A program made the position numbers and the translations under genes. 32,000 nt of DNA from Streptomyces phaeofaciens (GTDB taxonomy: Bacteria > Actinomycetota > Actinomycetes > Streptomycetales > Streptomycetaceae), in assembly GCF_014648915.1 (NCBI RefSeq), contig NZ_BMSA01000020.1, forward strand, positions 26,850 through 58,849. The letters run 5' to 3'. The number at the start of each line of letters is the position of its first letter. The first letter of the stretch is position 1. Below are positions 8,050-17,587 of this stretch, piece by piece. The notes under the pieces are model-generated. The model was not told where the DNA came from. It worked only from the letters and a program-made list of their open reading frames with translations, and searched no databases.

Positions 8050-8565
8050 TCAGGCGACCGTGCGGGTGAAGCGGAGCGTGGCCGTGACGGTGGTCAGGCC
8101 GCGCATCATGCCCATCTGGTTCCATCCGAGGCCGAACTCCTCGCGGTCCACGGTGAATTCGGCGGCCAGCGTGATCGCGTCACCGTCCACCTGCGTCACC
8201 TGTGCGGTGAGGGTGTGCGGGCGGCTGATGCCGCGGACGGTCAGCCGGCCGGACACGTGGACGGTGTCGCCGTCGCGGAGTTCGGCGGCGCGGACCGCGT
8301 AGGTGATCTCGGGGTGGTTCTCGGCGTCGAAGAAGTCGGCGCTGCGCAGATGTGCGTCCCGCTTGGCGTTCTTGGTGTCGAGGGAGGTCACGTCCAGGTT
8401 CAGGGTGCCGCTGGCGGATCCGTCGGGGCCGACCTCGCCCGCGCCGACGACCGAGGCGAAGGCTCCCTTGACGGTGACCAGGCCCCACATCGTCCGGTGC
8501 TTCAGGCCGACGGTGGAGGCGCCCGTGTCGAGCTGCCAGGTTCCGGTTTCCACGGCGACGGTCAT
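8050..8565 (-). CDS. YceI-family polyisoprenoid-binding protein
   Basis: Contains TSLDTKNAKRDAHLRSADFFDAENHPEITY and the beta-barrel pattern typical of YceI. Full-length ORF of 171 aa. Confidence 0.88.
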   Translation of the reverse strand: MTVAVETGTWQLDTGASTVGLKHRTMWGLVTVKGAFASVVGAGEVGPDGSASGTLNLDVTSLDTKNAKRDAHLRSADFFDAENHPEITYAVRAAELRDGDTVHVSGRLTVRGISRPHTLTAQVTQVDGDAITLAAEFTVDREEFGLGWNQMGMMRGLTTVTATLRFTRTVA

Positions 8566-8586
8566 GGTGATCCCTCACATCGATAG

Positions 8587-8664
8587 TCCAAATTTGGATG
8601 AGCCTGCGACGGTCCACGTTAGTCGGTAATCCAAATCTGAACAACCCGGTACTGCAAATTTGGA
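8587..8664. promoter_or_regulatory. Three AT-rich CCAAATTTGG-type palindromic boxes in the yceI/marR divergent region
   Basis: tccaaatttgga (8587-8598) is a perfect 12-bp palindrome. tccaaatctgaa (8630-8641) and tgcaaatttgga (8653-8664) are imperfect copies. They form an AT-rich island in GC-rich DNA. Confidence 0.6.
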
Positions 8665-8684
8665 CAACGGATAGAATCGACGGC

Positions 8685-9242
8685 ATGGCAGACCCCGAGG
8701 AGCACCCCAGCGACCTGCCCCAATGCCCCTCCATGCCGGGTACCGGCCTACTGCCCCCCGAGCTGCGCGCCTGGATGGTGCTGCTGGCCGCGACGGGCGC
8801 GGTGGAACAGCGGCTGCGCTCGGTGGTGAAGGAGCGGCTCGACGTCTCGCACGACGAGTTCCTGATCCTTTGCCTGCTGGCCGAGCACCCCCGCGAGGGT
8901 CTGCGGATGACCCGCGTGGCCGAGCTGCTGGGCCGCCCCAAGACCCGGCTCACCTACCAGATCGCCTGCCTCCAGCACGCCGGCCTCGTCATCCGCAGGT
9001 CGGCGTGCGGCGACAAGCGGGGCGTCGAGGTCGCGCTCACCGAGAAGGCCCGAGGCCTGCTGCGGGAGGCCTCCGGCGCACTCGCCGAGACGGTCGCCGG
9101 GGCGCTCGGCCATGTGATGGGGCCCGAACAGCGGGCCGCGGTACGCGGGTTGGTCCCGGGGCTGCACGAGGCCGCCCCGGCGACACCGGACGACCACCGG
9201 CAGACGCCGGCCCACCAGGAGGAAGCGCCGGCCCCCGGCTAG
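8685..9242 (+). CDS. MarR family transcriptional regulator
   Basis: Track ORF 8598..9242, trimmed to the ATG at 8685. The wHTH reads HDEFLILCLLAEHPREGLRMTRVAELLGRPKTRLTYQIACLQHAGLVIRRSACGDKRGVEVALTEKA. Confidence 0.85.
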   Translation: MADPEEHPSDLPQCPSMPGTGLLPPELRAWMVLLAATGAVEQRLRSVVKERLDVSHDEFLILCLLAEHPREGLRMTRVAELLGRPKTRLTYQIACLQHAGLVIRRSACGDKRGVEVALTEKARGLLREASGALAETVAGALGHVMGPEQRAAVRGLVPGLHEAAPATPDDHRQTPAHQEEAPAPG

Positions 9243-9310
9243 CCGGCCCGCACGAAGAAGGGTCGGCGCCCGCGCGCACAAGATGCGGTGGGGGCCTCGC
9301 ACGGAACGTC

Positions 9311-9376
9311 GGCGAGGCCGTCCGGCGGCCCCGCCCGACCGGAACGATCGGGGCGGGGCCGCCGGACGGCCTCGCC
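9311..9376. terminator. Perfect 26-bp stem hairpin between convergent marR and MFS genes
   Basis: Left arm ggcgaggccgtccggcggccccgccc (9311-9336). Right arm gggcggggccgccggacggcctcgcc (9351-9376) is its exact reverse complement. The loop is 14 nt. Confidence 0.7.
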
Positions 9377-9477
9377 GGACGGCCTCGCCGGACGGCCTCG
9401 CCGGACGGCCTCGCCGGACGGCCTCGCCGGACGGCCTCGCCGGACGGCCTCGCCGGACGGCCTCGCCGGACGGCCTC
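9361..9477. repeat. 13-bp tandem repeat, 9 perfect copies (gccggacggcctc)
   Basis: Counted directly: 117 nt equals 9 x 13 with no mismatch. The first copy forms part of the right arm of the 26-bp hairpin. Intergenic, between 9242 and 9494. Confidence 0.95.
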
Positions 9478-9493
9478 CGAAGCCTGCGCGCGC

Positions 9494-11128
9494 CTACCGC
9501 GCGTCGGCCAGTTCCTCCGCCGTCGGCTCCGTCGGCTCCGTCGGCTCCGTCGGATCCGCCGGCTGCGACGCTGCCTTGGCGGCGCCCCGGCGGCCCGGCA
9601 GGACCGCGAGGACGACCAGGGTGCCGGCGGCCATGATGATCCCGCCGATCAGACTGGTCCGCGCCACGCCGTGGGCGAAGGACTCGTGGACGGCCTCGAC
9701 CAGGGCCTGGGCCTGCTGCGCCCCGCCGGCCGGATCCTTCGCGACCTGTCCGGCGACCGCGAGACCGCCGCCCACCGAGTCCTTGGCGGTGTCCAGCGCG
9801 GCGGCCGGGAGGTGGCCACCGATCAGGTCGGTCAGCTTGTCGCGGTAGGCGGTGCCGAGCAGCGAACCGAGGACGGCGATGCCGAGCGAGCCGCCCAGCT
9901 CCAGCGCGGTGTCGTTGGCGCCGCCACCCACGCCCAGCTCGTTCTCGGGGAACGTGCCCATGATCGTGTCGGTGGCCGGGGACACGCTCAGGCCGATCGC
10001 GAAGCCGAGCATCATCATCGACGCGAGGAAGTCGGCGTAGGTGGAGCCCGTCTCGATCCGGGTGAGCAGGAAGACCCCCGCGGTGCCGATCAGCATGCCG
10101 GCGACGACCATCGGCTTCACGCCCAGCCTGGGGGTCAGCCTGCCGGTGACGGCGGCGCCGAGGAACACGGCTCCGGCGAGCGGCAGCAGTCGTACGCCGG
10201 TCTCCAGGGCGTCGTATCCGAGGACGAACTGGAGGAACTGGGTGGAGTAGTAGATCGCGCCGAAGGTGCCGAAGAAGAAGAACAGCACCGCCAGCATGGA
10301 GCCGCTGAAGGGGCGCAGCGCGAACTTGCGGACGTCCAGCATGGGGTGCGGGTGGCGCAGCTCCCAGGCGACGAAGGCGACCAGGCCGACGCCCGCGACC
10401 ACGGCGGCGGTGACCGGGCCGGCGCCCCAGCCGAAGTGCGGGCCCTCGATGGTCGCGTAGACCAGGGAGCCGACCGAGACGATCGACAGCAGGCCGCCGA
10501 CGTAGTCGATCCGGCCCATGCCCTCCGCCTTCGACGGCGGGACCAGGATGAAGGCGCCGACGACGGCGAGCAGGGCGATGGGCACGTTGATCAGGAACGT
10601 GGAGCCCCAGGCGTGGTCCTCCAGCAGCCAGCCGGCGACCAGCGGGCCGACCGCGATGGCGAGGCCGGAGGTGGCGGTCCAGGCGGTGATGGCGCGGGCG
10701 CGCTCCCGCCGGGGGAACATCGCGACCAGCAGGGAGAGGGTGGCCGGCATGACGACGGCGGCGCCGACACCCATGATCGCCCGGGCCGTGATGACCAGGC
10801 CGGTCTCGTCGACCAGGCTGCCCATGACCGAGCCGCCCGCGAAGACCAGCAGCCCGGTGACGAGGGCGCCGCGGCGGCTGTACTTGTCGCCGATCGCGCC
10901 CAGGACCAGCATCAGCGCGGCGTACGGGACGGTGTAGCCGTCGATGACCCACTGGAGGTCGCTGCTGGTCAGGCCCAGGTCGGTGGTCATGCCGGGCGCG
11001 GCCACGATCAGCGAGGTGTTCGCCATGACGACGATCAGCAGGCTCAGGCACAGCACGATCAGGGCCCACCAGCGGCGCGCGTACGGCCCGGCGGTGCGGT
11101 CGAGCGGGGTGGTGGCAAGGAAGGGCAT
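9494..11128 (-). CDS. MFS transporter, DHA2 (EmrB/QacA-like, 14-TM) drug/H+ antiporter family
   Basis: 544 aa. N-terminal region WWALIVLCLSLLIVVMANTSLIVAAPGMTTDLGLTSSDLQWVIDGYTVPYAALMLVLGAIGDKYSRR carries DHA2 motifs. Many hydrophobic spans follow, ending in a PTEPTEPTEPT tail. Confidence 0.9.
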   Translation of the reverse strand: MPFLATTPLDRTAGPYARRWWALIVLCLSLLIVVMANTSLIVAAPGMTTDLGLTSSDLQWVIDGYTVPYAALMLVLGAIGDKYSRRGALVTGLLVFAGGSVMGSLVDETGLVITARAIMGVGAAVVMPATLSLLVAMFPRRERARAITAWTATSGLAIAVGPLVAGWLLEDHAWGSTFLINVPIALLAVVGAFILVPPSKAEGMGRIDYVGGLLSIVSVGSLVYATIEGPHFGWGAGPVTAAVVAGVGLVAFVAWELRHPHPMLDVRKFALRPFSGSMLAVLFFFFGTFGAIYYSTQFLQFVLGYDALETGVRLLPLAGAVFLGAAVTGRLTPRLGVKPMVVAGMLIGTAGVFLLTRIETGSTYADFLASMMMLGFAIGLSVSPATDTIMGTFPENELGVGGGANDTALELGGSLGIAVLGSLLGTAYRDKLTDLIGGHLPAAALDTAKDSVGGGLAVAGQVAKDPAGGAQQAQALVEAVHESFAHGVARTSLIGGIIMAAGTLVVLAVLPGRRGAAKAASQPADPTEPTEPTEPTAEELADAR

Positions 11129-11153
11129 CGGAACTCCTCGGGGACGCGTTAAT

Positions 11154-11196
11154 TGCCCACTGATGTGCAGACTAGATTATTGCTCATCACTGTGCA
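11154..11196. promoter_or_regulatory. Two 16-bp near-palindromic operator-like sites TGCNCA-N4-TGTGCA upstream of the MFS gene
   Basis: tgcccactgatgtgca (11154-11169) and tgctcatcactgtgca (11181-11196) start 27 bp apart. They sit in an AT-enriched patch 26-68 bp upstream of the MFS start codon. Confidence 0.6.
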
Positions 11197-11227
11197 AATA
11201 AGGGCGTGCCTGAGTGACCCTGGCGAT

Positions 11228-11314
11228 CCCTTCCGACCCCTCGCCCCCTCAGCCCTCTCGGCCCTCACCCCGTCACCCCCGACCCCTCTCCCCCCGCCCC
11301 CTCATCGGCCCCCC
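11228..11314 (-). repeat. Strand-asymmetric G-tract array (12 runs of at least 3 G on the minus, sense strand)
   Basis: The plus strand shows C runs at 11228, 11237, 11244, 11253, 11262, 11268, 11276, 11283, 11290, 11297, 11309 and so on. It lies between the tetR terminator hairpin and the MFS operators. Confidence 0.8.
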
Positions 11315-11339
11315 GGCCACCTCCAGGCACGGCAAAGAG

Positions 11340-11368
11340 GCGCCCGTGCACCTGTCGCGCACGGACGC
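11340..11368 (-). terminator. Hairpin after tetR (10-bp stem with 1 mismatch, then CUCUUUG)
   Basis: Plus-strand gcgcccgtgc (11340-11349) pairs with gcacggacgc (11359-11368). The minus-strand 3' flank is ctctttgcc. Confidence 0.5.
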
Positions 11369-11397
11369 CTCGAAAGAACGGTGATGAAACCCGCGGA

Positions 11398-12048
11398 TCA
11401 GTCCTCGCCGCCGGACTCCCCCCAGGCCCCGGCGGCCGCGACCTCGGCGACCACCTCGCGCGCCCGCGCCTGCGGCAGGCCGGCCGCGATGAGGGTGGCG
11501 ATCGCGGTGCGGGTGCCGTCGTCCTGGAGCGCCCCGGTGTTGACCTCCTCCAGAAGCGCGACGTGCATGCCCTCCAGGCCCGCGCTCAGGACGGCGGCCG
11601 GCAGATGGGCATGGAAGGCGCCGTCCTGCTGGCCGCGCTCCAGGATGGCCGTGACCACGTCACGGGCCGGCTCCAGGATCGTGGCGACGCGCTCGGCGCC
11701 CAGGTCGCGCCGGGCCAGCGCCAGGAGCAGCCGATAGCGATCACCGACCGGCCAGATCGAGAAGACGAAGTGCGCGAGCCGTCGCTCGGCCGGCCCTTCG
11801 GCCTCCGCGGCCACGGCCAGCGCGCCGCGCAACGCCTCGGACGCCTCCTCCGCGAGCGCCTCCAGCAGGGCCGCGCGCCCGGGGAAGTGGCCGAACAGCG
11901 TCCGCCGTACGACACCGGAGGCGCGCGCCAGCTCCTCCAGGGTGACGTCCGGGTTCCGGCCCAGCTCACGGCGGGCGGTGGCCAGGATGCGCGCCCGGTT
12001 GGACCGCGAATTGCGTCGCTGCGGCTCGCGGGCCACGGAGTTGGTCAC
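11398..12048 (-). CDS. TetR/AcrR family transcriptional regulator (likely controls the adjacent MFS gene)
   Basis: Track ORF 11398..12153, trimmed to the GTG at 12048 with gagga upstream as RBS. The HTH reads RARILATARRELGRNPDVTLEELARASGVVRRTLFGHFPGRAALL. Confidence 0.85.
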   Translation of the reverse strand: MTNSVAREPQRRNSRSNRARILATARRELGRNPDVTLEELARASGVVRRTLFGHFPGRAALLEALAEEASEALRGALAVAAEAEGPAERRLAHFVFSIWPVGDRYRLLLALARRDLGAERVATILEPARDVVTAILERGQQDGAFHAHLPAAVLSAGLEGMHVALLEEVNTGALQDDGTRTAIATLIAAGLPQARAREVVAEVAAAGAWGESGGED

Positions 12049-12273
12049 GGGGAGTCCTCGATGGATCGGTGCGGACGGACGAACGAGGGACGGGGGGCGC
12101 TCATTCTGACACGCGCACCTGGTGACGCCGTGGGGCCCGGGACACCACCCCATACCGCACCACCAGCCCCGTGCGCACCTCTATAACGGTACAAGACCCC
12201 TCAATTACGACACACCAAACTTGGAGTGCTCGTTTTCTTGAACTCTTCGTGTTTATGGAAGTAGGTTGTCTCC

Positions 12274-14951
<2,678 letters not shown>

Positions 14952-14967
14952 CCGACGGGTGACGGGC

Positions 14968-14990
14968 GGTGACGGGCGCGGCCCGTCACC
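14968..14990 (+). terminator. 10-bp perfect hairpin 17 nt after the katG stop
   Basis: ggtgacgggc-gcg-gcccgtcacc. The left arm is duplicated directly upstream at 14958-14967. Confidence 0.5.
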
Positions 14991-15012
14991 CCCGGCCGAT
15001 TCCGTCGACCGC

Positions 15013-15059
15013 CGACAGCCGCCCGGACGGCCCGCGAGGGTCCGTCCGGGCGGCTGTCG
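15013..15059. terminator. 18-bp perfect-stem hairpin between convergent katG and the enoyl-CoA hydratase gene
   Basis: cgacagccgcccggacgg (15013-15030) and ccgtccgggcggctgtcg (15042-15059) are exact reverse complements. The loop is 11 nt. Confidence 0.65.
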
Positions 15060-15072
15060 CGCGTCCGGCGCC

Positions 15073-16131
15073 TCATGCCCCGGGCGCCAGCCCGAGCTCC
15101 CGAGCGCCCAGCGGCGCGAAGAACCGTTCCACGTCGGCGTCGGTGACCTCGGCGAGTGTCGCCGGGGACCAGCGCGGGTTGCGGTCCTTGTCGACGACCT
15201 GGGCGCGGACGCCCTCCACCAGGTCCGCGGTGGTCAGGGCGGCGAGGGAGACCCGGTACTCCTGGTCCAGGACCTGTTCCAGCGTGCCGAGCCGCCGGGC
15301 CCGGCGCAGCGCGACCAGGGTGACCTTGAGCGAGGTGGGCGACTTGGCGAGCAGGGTCTCGGCGGCCTCCTTGGCCGCCGGGTCGCCGTGGTCGAGGAGC
15401 CGTTCGACGATCTCCTCCACGGTGCCGGCGGCGTAACAGCCGTCGATCCACTCCCGCCGGCCGGCCAGCTCCCCCTGCGGCACGGCCCGCGCATGGCGGG
15501 CGAGGGCGTCGCGTACGGGGTGGGCGGCGAGGTCCTCCAGAAGGTGCGGGACCGACGCGGACGGTACGAAATGGTCGGCGAGCCCGCACAACAGGGCGTC
15601 GGCCGCGCCGATCTGAGCACCCGTCAGCCCGAGGTGGATGCCCAGCTCACCCGGCGCGTGGGCGAGCAGCCGGGTGCCGCCGACGTCCGGGACGAAGCCG
15701 ATGCCGGTCTCGGGCATCGCGACGCGCGACCGCTCGGTGACGATCCGGACGCTGCCGTGTGCGGAGATGCCGACGCCGCCGCCCATCACGATCCCGTCCA
15801 TGACGGCGACGTACGGCTTCGGGAAGCGGGCGATCCGGGCGTTCAGCCGGTACTCGTCGCGCCAGAACGCCGCCGAGGCCGTGCCGTCGCCGTCGCGGGC
15901 GTCGTCGTGGACGGCGCGGATGTCACCGCCCGCGCACAGTCCGCGCTCCCCCGCCCCGGTGATCACGACGGTCTCGACGGCCGGGTCCCGCTCCCAGGCG
16001 GTGAGCGCGCGGTCGATGCGGCCGACCATGTCGTGGTTCAGGGCGTTGATGGCTCGGGGGCGGTTGAGGACGAGGTGGGCGGCCCGGCCGGCCCGGTGCA
16101 GGAGAACGGGTTCCTCGGTGCTGCCGCTCAT
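15073..16131 (-). CDS. Enoyl-CoA hydratase/isomerase family protein (3-hydroxyisobutyryl-CoA hydrolase-like)
   Basis: Track ORF 15073..16209, trimmed to the ATG at 16131. Contains LNRPRAINALNHDMV, ITGAGERGLCAGGDIRA, VAVMDGIVMGGGVGIS and PETGIGFVPDVGG. Length is about 352 aa. Confidence 0.9.
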   Translation of the reverse strand: MSGSTEEPVLLHRAGRAAHLVLNRPRAINALNHDMVGRIDRALTAWERDPAVETVVITGAGERGLCAGGDIRAVHDDARDGDGTASAAFWRDEYRLNARIARFPKPYVAVMDGIVMGGGVGISAHGSVRIVTERSRVAMPETGIGFVPDVGGTRLLAHAPGELGIHLGLTGAQIGAADALLCGLADHFVPSASVPHLLEDLAAHPVRDALARHARAVPQGELAGRREWIDGCYAAGTVEEIVERLLDHGDPAAKEAAETLLAKSPTSLKVTLVALRRARRLGTLEQVLDQEYRVSLAALTTADLVEGVRAQVVDKDRNPRWSPATLAEVTDADVERFFAPLGARELGLAPGA

Positions 16132-16238
16132 CCCCACGCCTCCGCCGGCCCGCGGGCCACGATGTCGCACATGATCTCGTCGGTTCCTTCCAGGCTCCGG
16201 AGACCGCACAGGTCACAGGCGGCCCCCTGACCACCGTA

Positions 16239-16338
16239 ACCGCTGCGAGGGGGACGGCCGCGAGGGAGTGTCCACGGCCGCGAGGGCGACTGCCGCGAGC
16301 GAGCATTCACCGCCGCCACGGCGACTGCCGCGAGGGGG
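16239..16338. repeat. Five 15-bp direct repeats AC(G/T/C)GC(C/T)GCGAG(G/C)G(N)G in the divergent region upstream of the toxin operon
   Basis: accgctgcgaggggg (16239), acggccgcgagggag (16254), acggccgcgagggcg (16274), actgccgcgagcgag (16289), actgccgcgaggggg (16324). Confidence 0.75.
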
Positions 16339-16503
16339 CGCCCACCGCCCCCGCGCCGGCCCGGCACCGCCGGAGCAGACGCCTCCACCGCGGCGCGCCC
16401 CCTTGCCGGGGCCGGTGCGGGCCAACCTTCACGAGAACCACCCGCTCCCTCACCATCGTCCTGCTCTACGGTGCCAACAGGCCACGACCACCGGGGAGGA
16501 ACC

Positions 16504-16938
16504 GTGCAGCGGCGGAGGACGGAGCTTGCCGAGCGGATCGCCGGGCGGCGGGAGGGAGGTGACGACCCCCGTGCCCTGGTCGGTGAGATGAGGCGTTCGG
16601 TGCTTCTGGTGCCGGTGTCGGACGGGGGGCTGTGGTCGGTGCGTTCGGGCGGGGTGCGGTGGATCTGCGCCTTCACCGACGAGACCGCCCTGGCGCGGTT
16701 CGCCCTGCGCCACGCGCCGGGTGATCAGCCCATGGACTACGCGGCGTTGCTGGGCGCCCGCATCGTCGACGAGATCGTGCCCGCGCTGGGTGAGCCGGCC
16801 GGGCTCGCGGTCGACATCGCCACCGAGGACGGGTCGATGTTCTTCCCGCCGGTCGTCGGCATCGTCCCGGACGCGGTCGCCGTCGACGCGGGTGCGGGTG
16901 CGGGTGCGGGTGCGGCAGGAGAGGGGCCGCGGTCATGA
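16504..16938 (+). CDS. SseB-like small protein (tentative family), first gene of the Rhs operon
   Basis: GTG at 16504 follows ggggagga. Sequence RSVLLVPVSDGGLWSVRSGGVRWICAFTDETALARFA...GLAVDIATEDGSMFFPP resembles the SseB N-terminal domain pattern. The C-terminal tail is (AG)n. The stop overlaps the next start as ATGA. Confidence 0.75.
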   Translation: MQRRRTELAERIAGRREGGDDPRALVGEMRRSVLLVPVSDGGLWSVRSGGVRWICAFTDETALARFALRHAPGDQPMDYAALLGARIVDEIVPALGEPAGLAVDIATEDGSMFFPPVVGIVPDAVAVDAGAGAGAGAAGEGPRS

Positions 16939-17585
16939 GCGGTGAGGGAGCGGACCTTCGGCTCGGCAAGGAAGCCGTCGCGAAGTTCACGCAAGGGGTC
17001 GGCGCCACCATCGAGCAGCTCGGTGAACTCGGCGGCGCGACCGGTTCGGTGATGGGCAAGGGCTTCTCGGAGCTGGCCATGACCGGGATGGAGGCCGGAC
17101 ACCACGGCCTCTCGGTCGACTTCGAGGACTTCTGCGAGCGCTGGGAGTGGGGTGTGCGCGCCCTGGTGCACGACGCGAGCGAGATCGCGAACCGCCTCGG
17201 TCTGGCGGCGGGCACCCAGTGGGAGCACGACCAGTACGTGGCGGGCTCGCTGAAGGTGGGCGTCAACGCGCTGATGGGCGGCAATCCGCACGCGAGCGAG
17301 GAGGAGATCACCCAGCAGGACTGGGGCGATGTGTTCACGCCGGACTATCTGGACCCGGACTGGAGCGCCGAGTCGTGGGACAAGGCCGGTCAGGACATGG
17401 AGCAGACGTGGAAGGACACCGGCCGCACGGTGCTGACCGAGGGTCAGGGCGGCCGGCAGTCGGAGATGCTGAACGACGCGATGGGCATCTCCGACGACCA
17501 GTGGAACCAGGCGCTGGACGACACCTTCGGCCCGTCGCCGGAGGAACGCGCGCAGCAACAGCAGGGTGAGTCCGGGGGGAACTGA
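16935..17585 (+). CDS. Acidic, Trp-rich hypothetical protein (216 aa), possible WXG/Lap-like secretion partner
   Basis: ATG at 16935 overlaps the upstream TGA. The N-terminal roughly 100 aa look helical and include FEDFCERWEWGVRAL. The C-terminal half is D/E/Q/W-rich (QQDWGDVFTPDYLDPDWSAESWDKAG...DDQWNQALDD). The gene ends 2 nt before the Rhs start. Confidence 0.8.
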   Translation: MSGEGADLRLGKEAVAKFTQGVGATIEQLGELGGATGSVMGKGFSELAMTGMEAGHHGLSVDFEDFCERWEWGVRALVHDASEIANRLGLAAGTQWEHDQYVAGSLKVGVNALMGGNPHASEEEITQQDWGDVFTPDYLDPDWSAESWDKAGQDMEQTWKDTGRTVLTEGQGGRQSEMLNDAMGISDDQWNQALDDTFGPSPEERAQQQQGESGGN

Positions 17586-17587
17586 GC

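Noticed and set aside
9283-9848. ORFs translating the 13-bp repeat as GRPRRTASPDGLA peptide repeats
   Set aside because: A 13-bp unit cycles through all three frames every 39 bp, so any frame shows a 13-aa periodic peptide. The region is the gap between two convergent stop codons, and the ORFs run on antisense into the MFS gene.
8723-11152. 809-aa plus-strand ORF and 773-aa minus-strand ORF (8748..11069) over the MarR/MFS region
   Set aside because: Both are R/G/P/A/D-rich shadow frames overlapping the well-supported MarR gene and the 14-TM MFS gene (9494..11128), which lies in another frame. No domain signatures.
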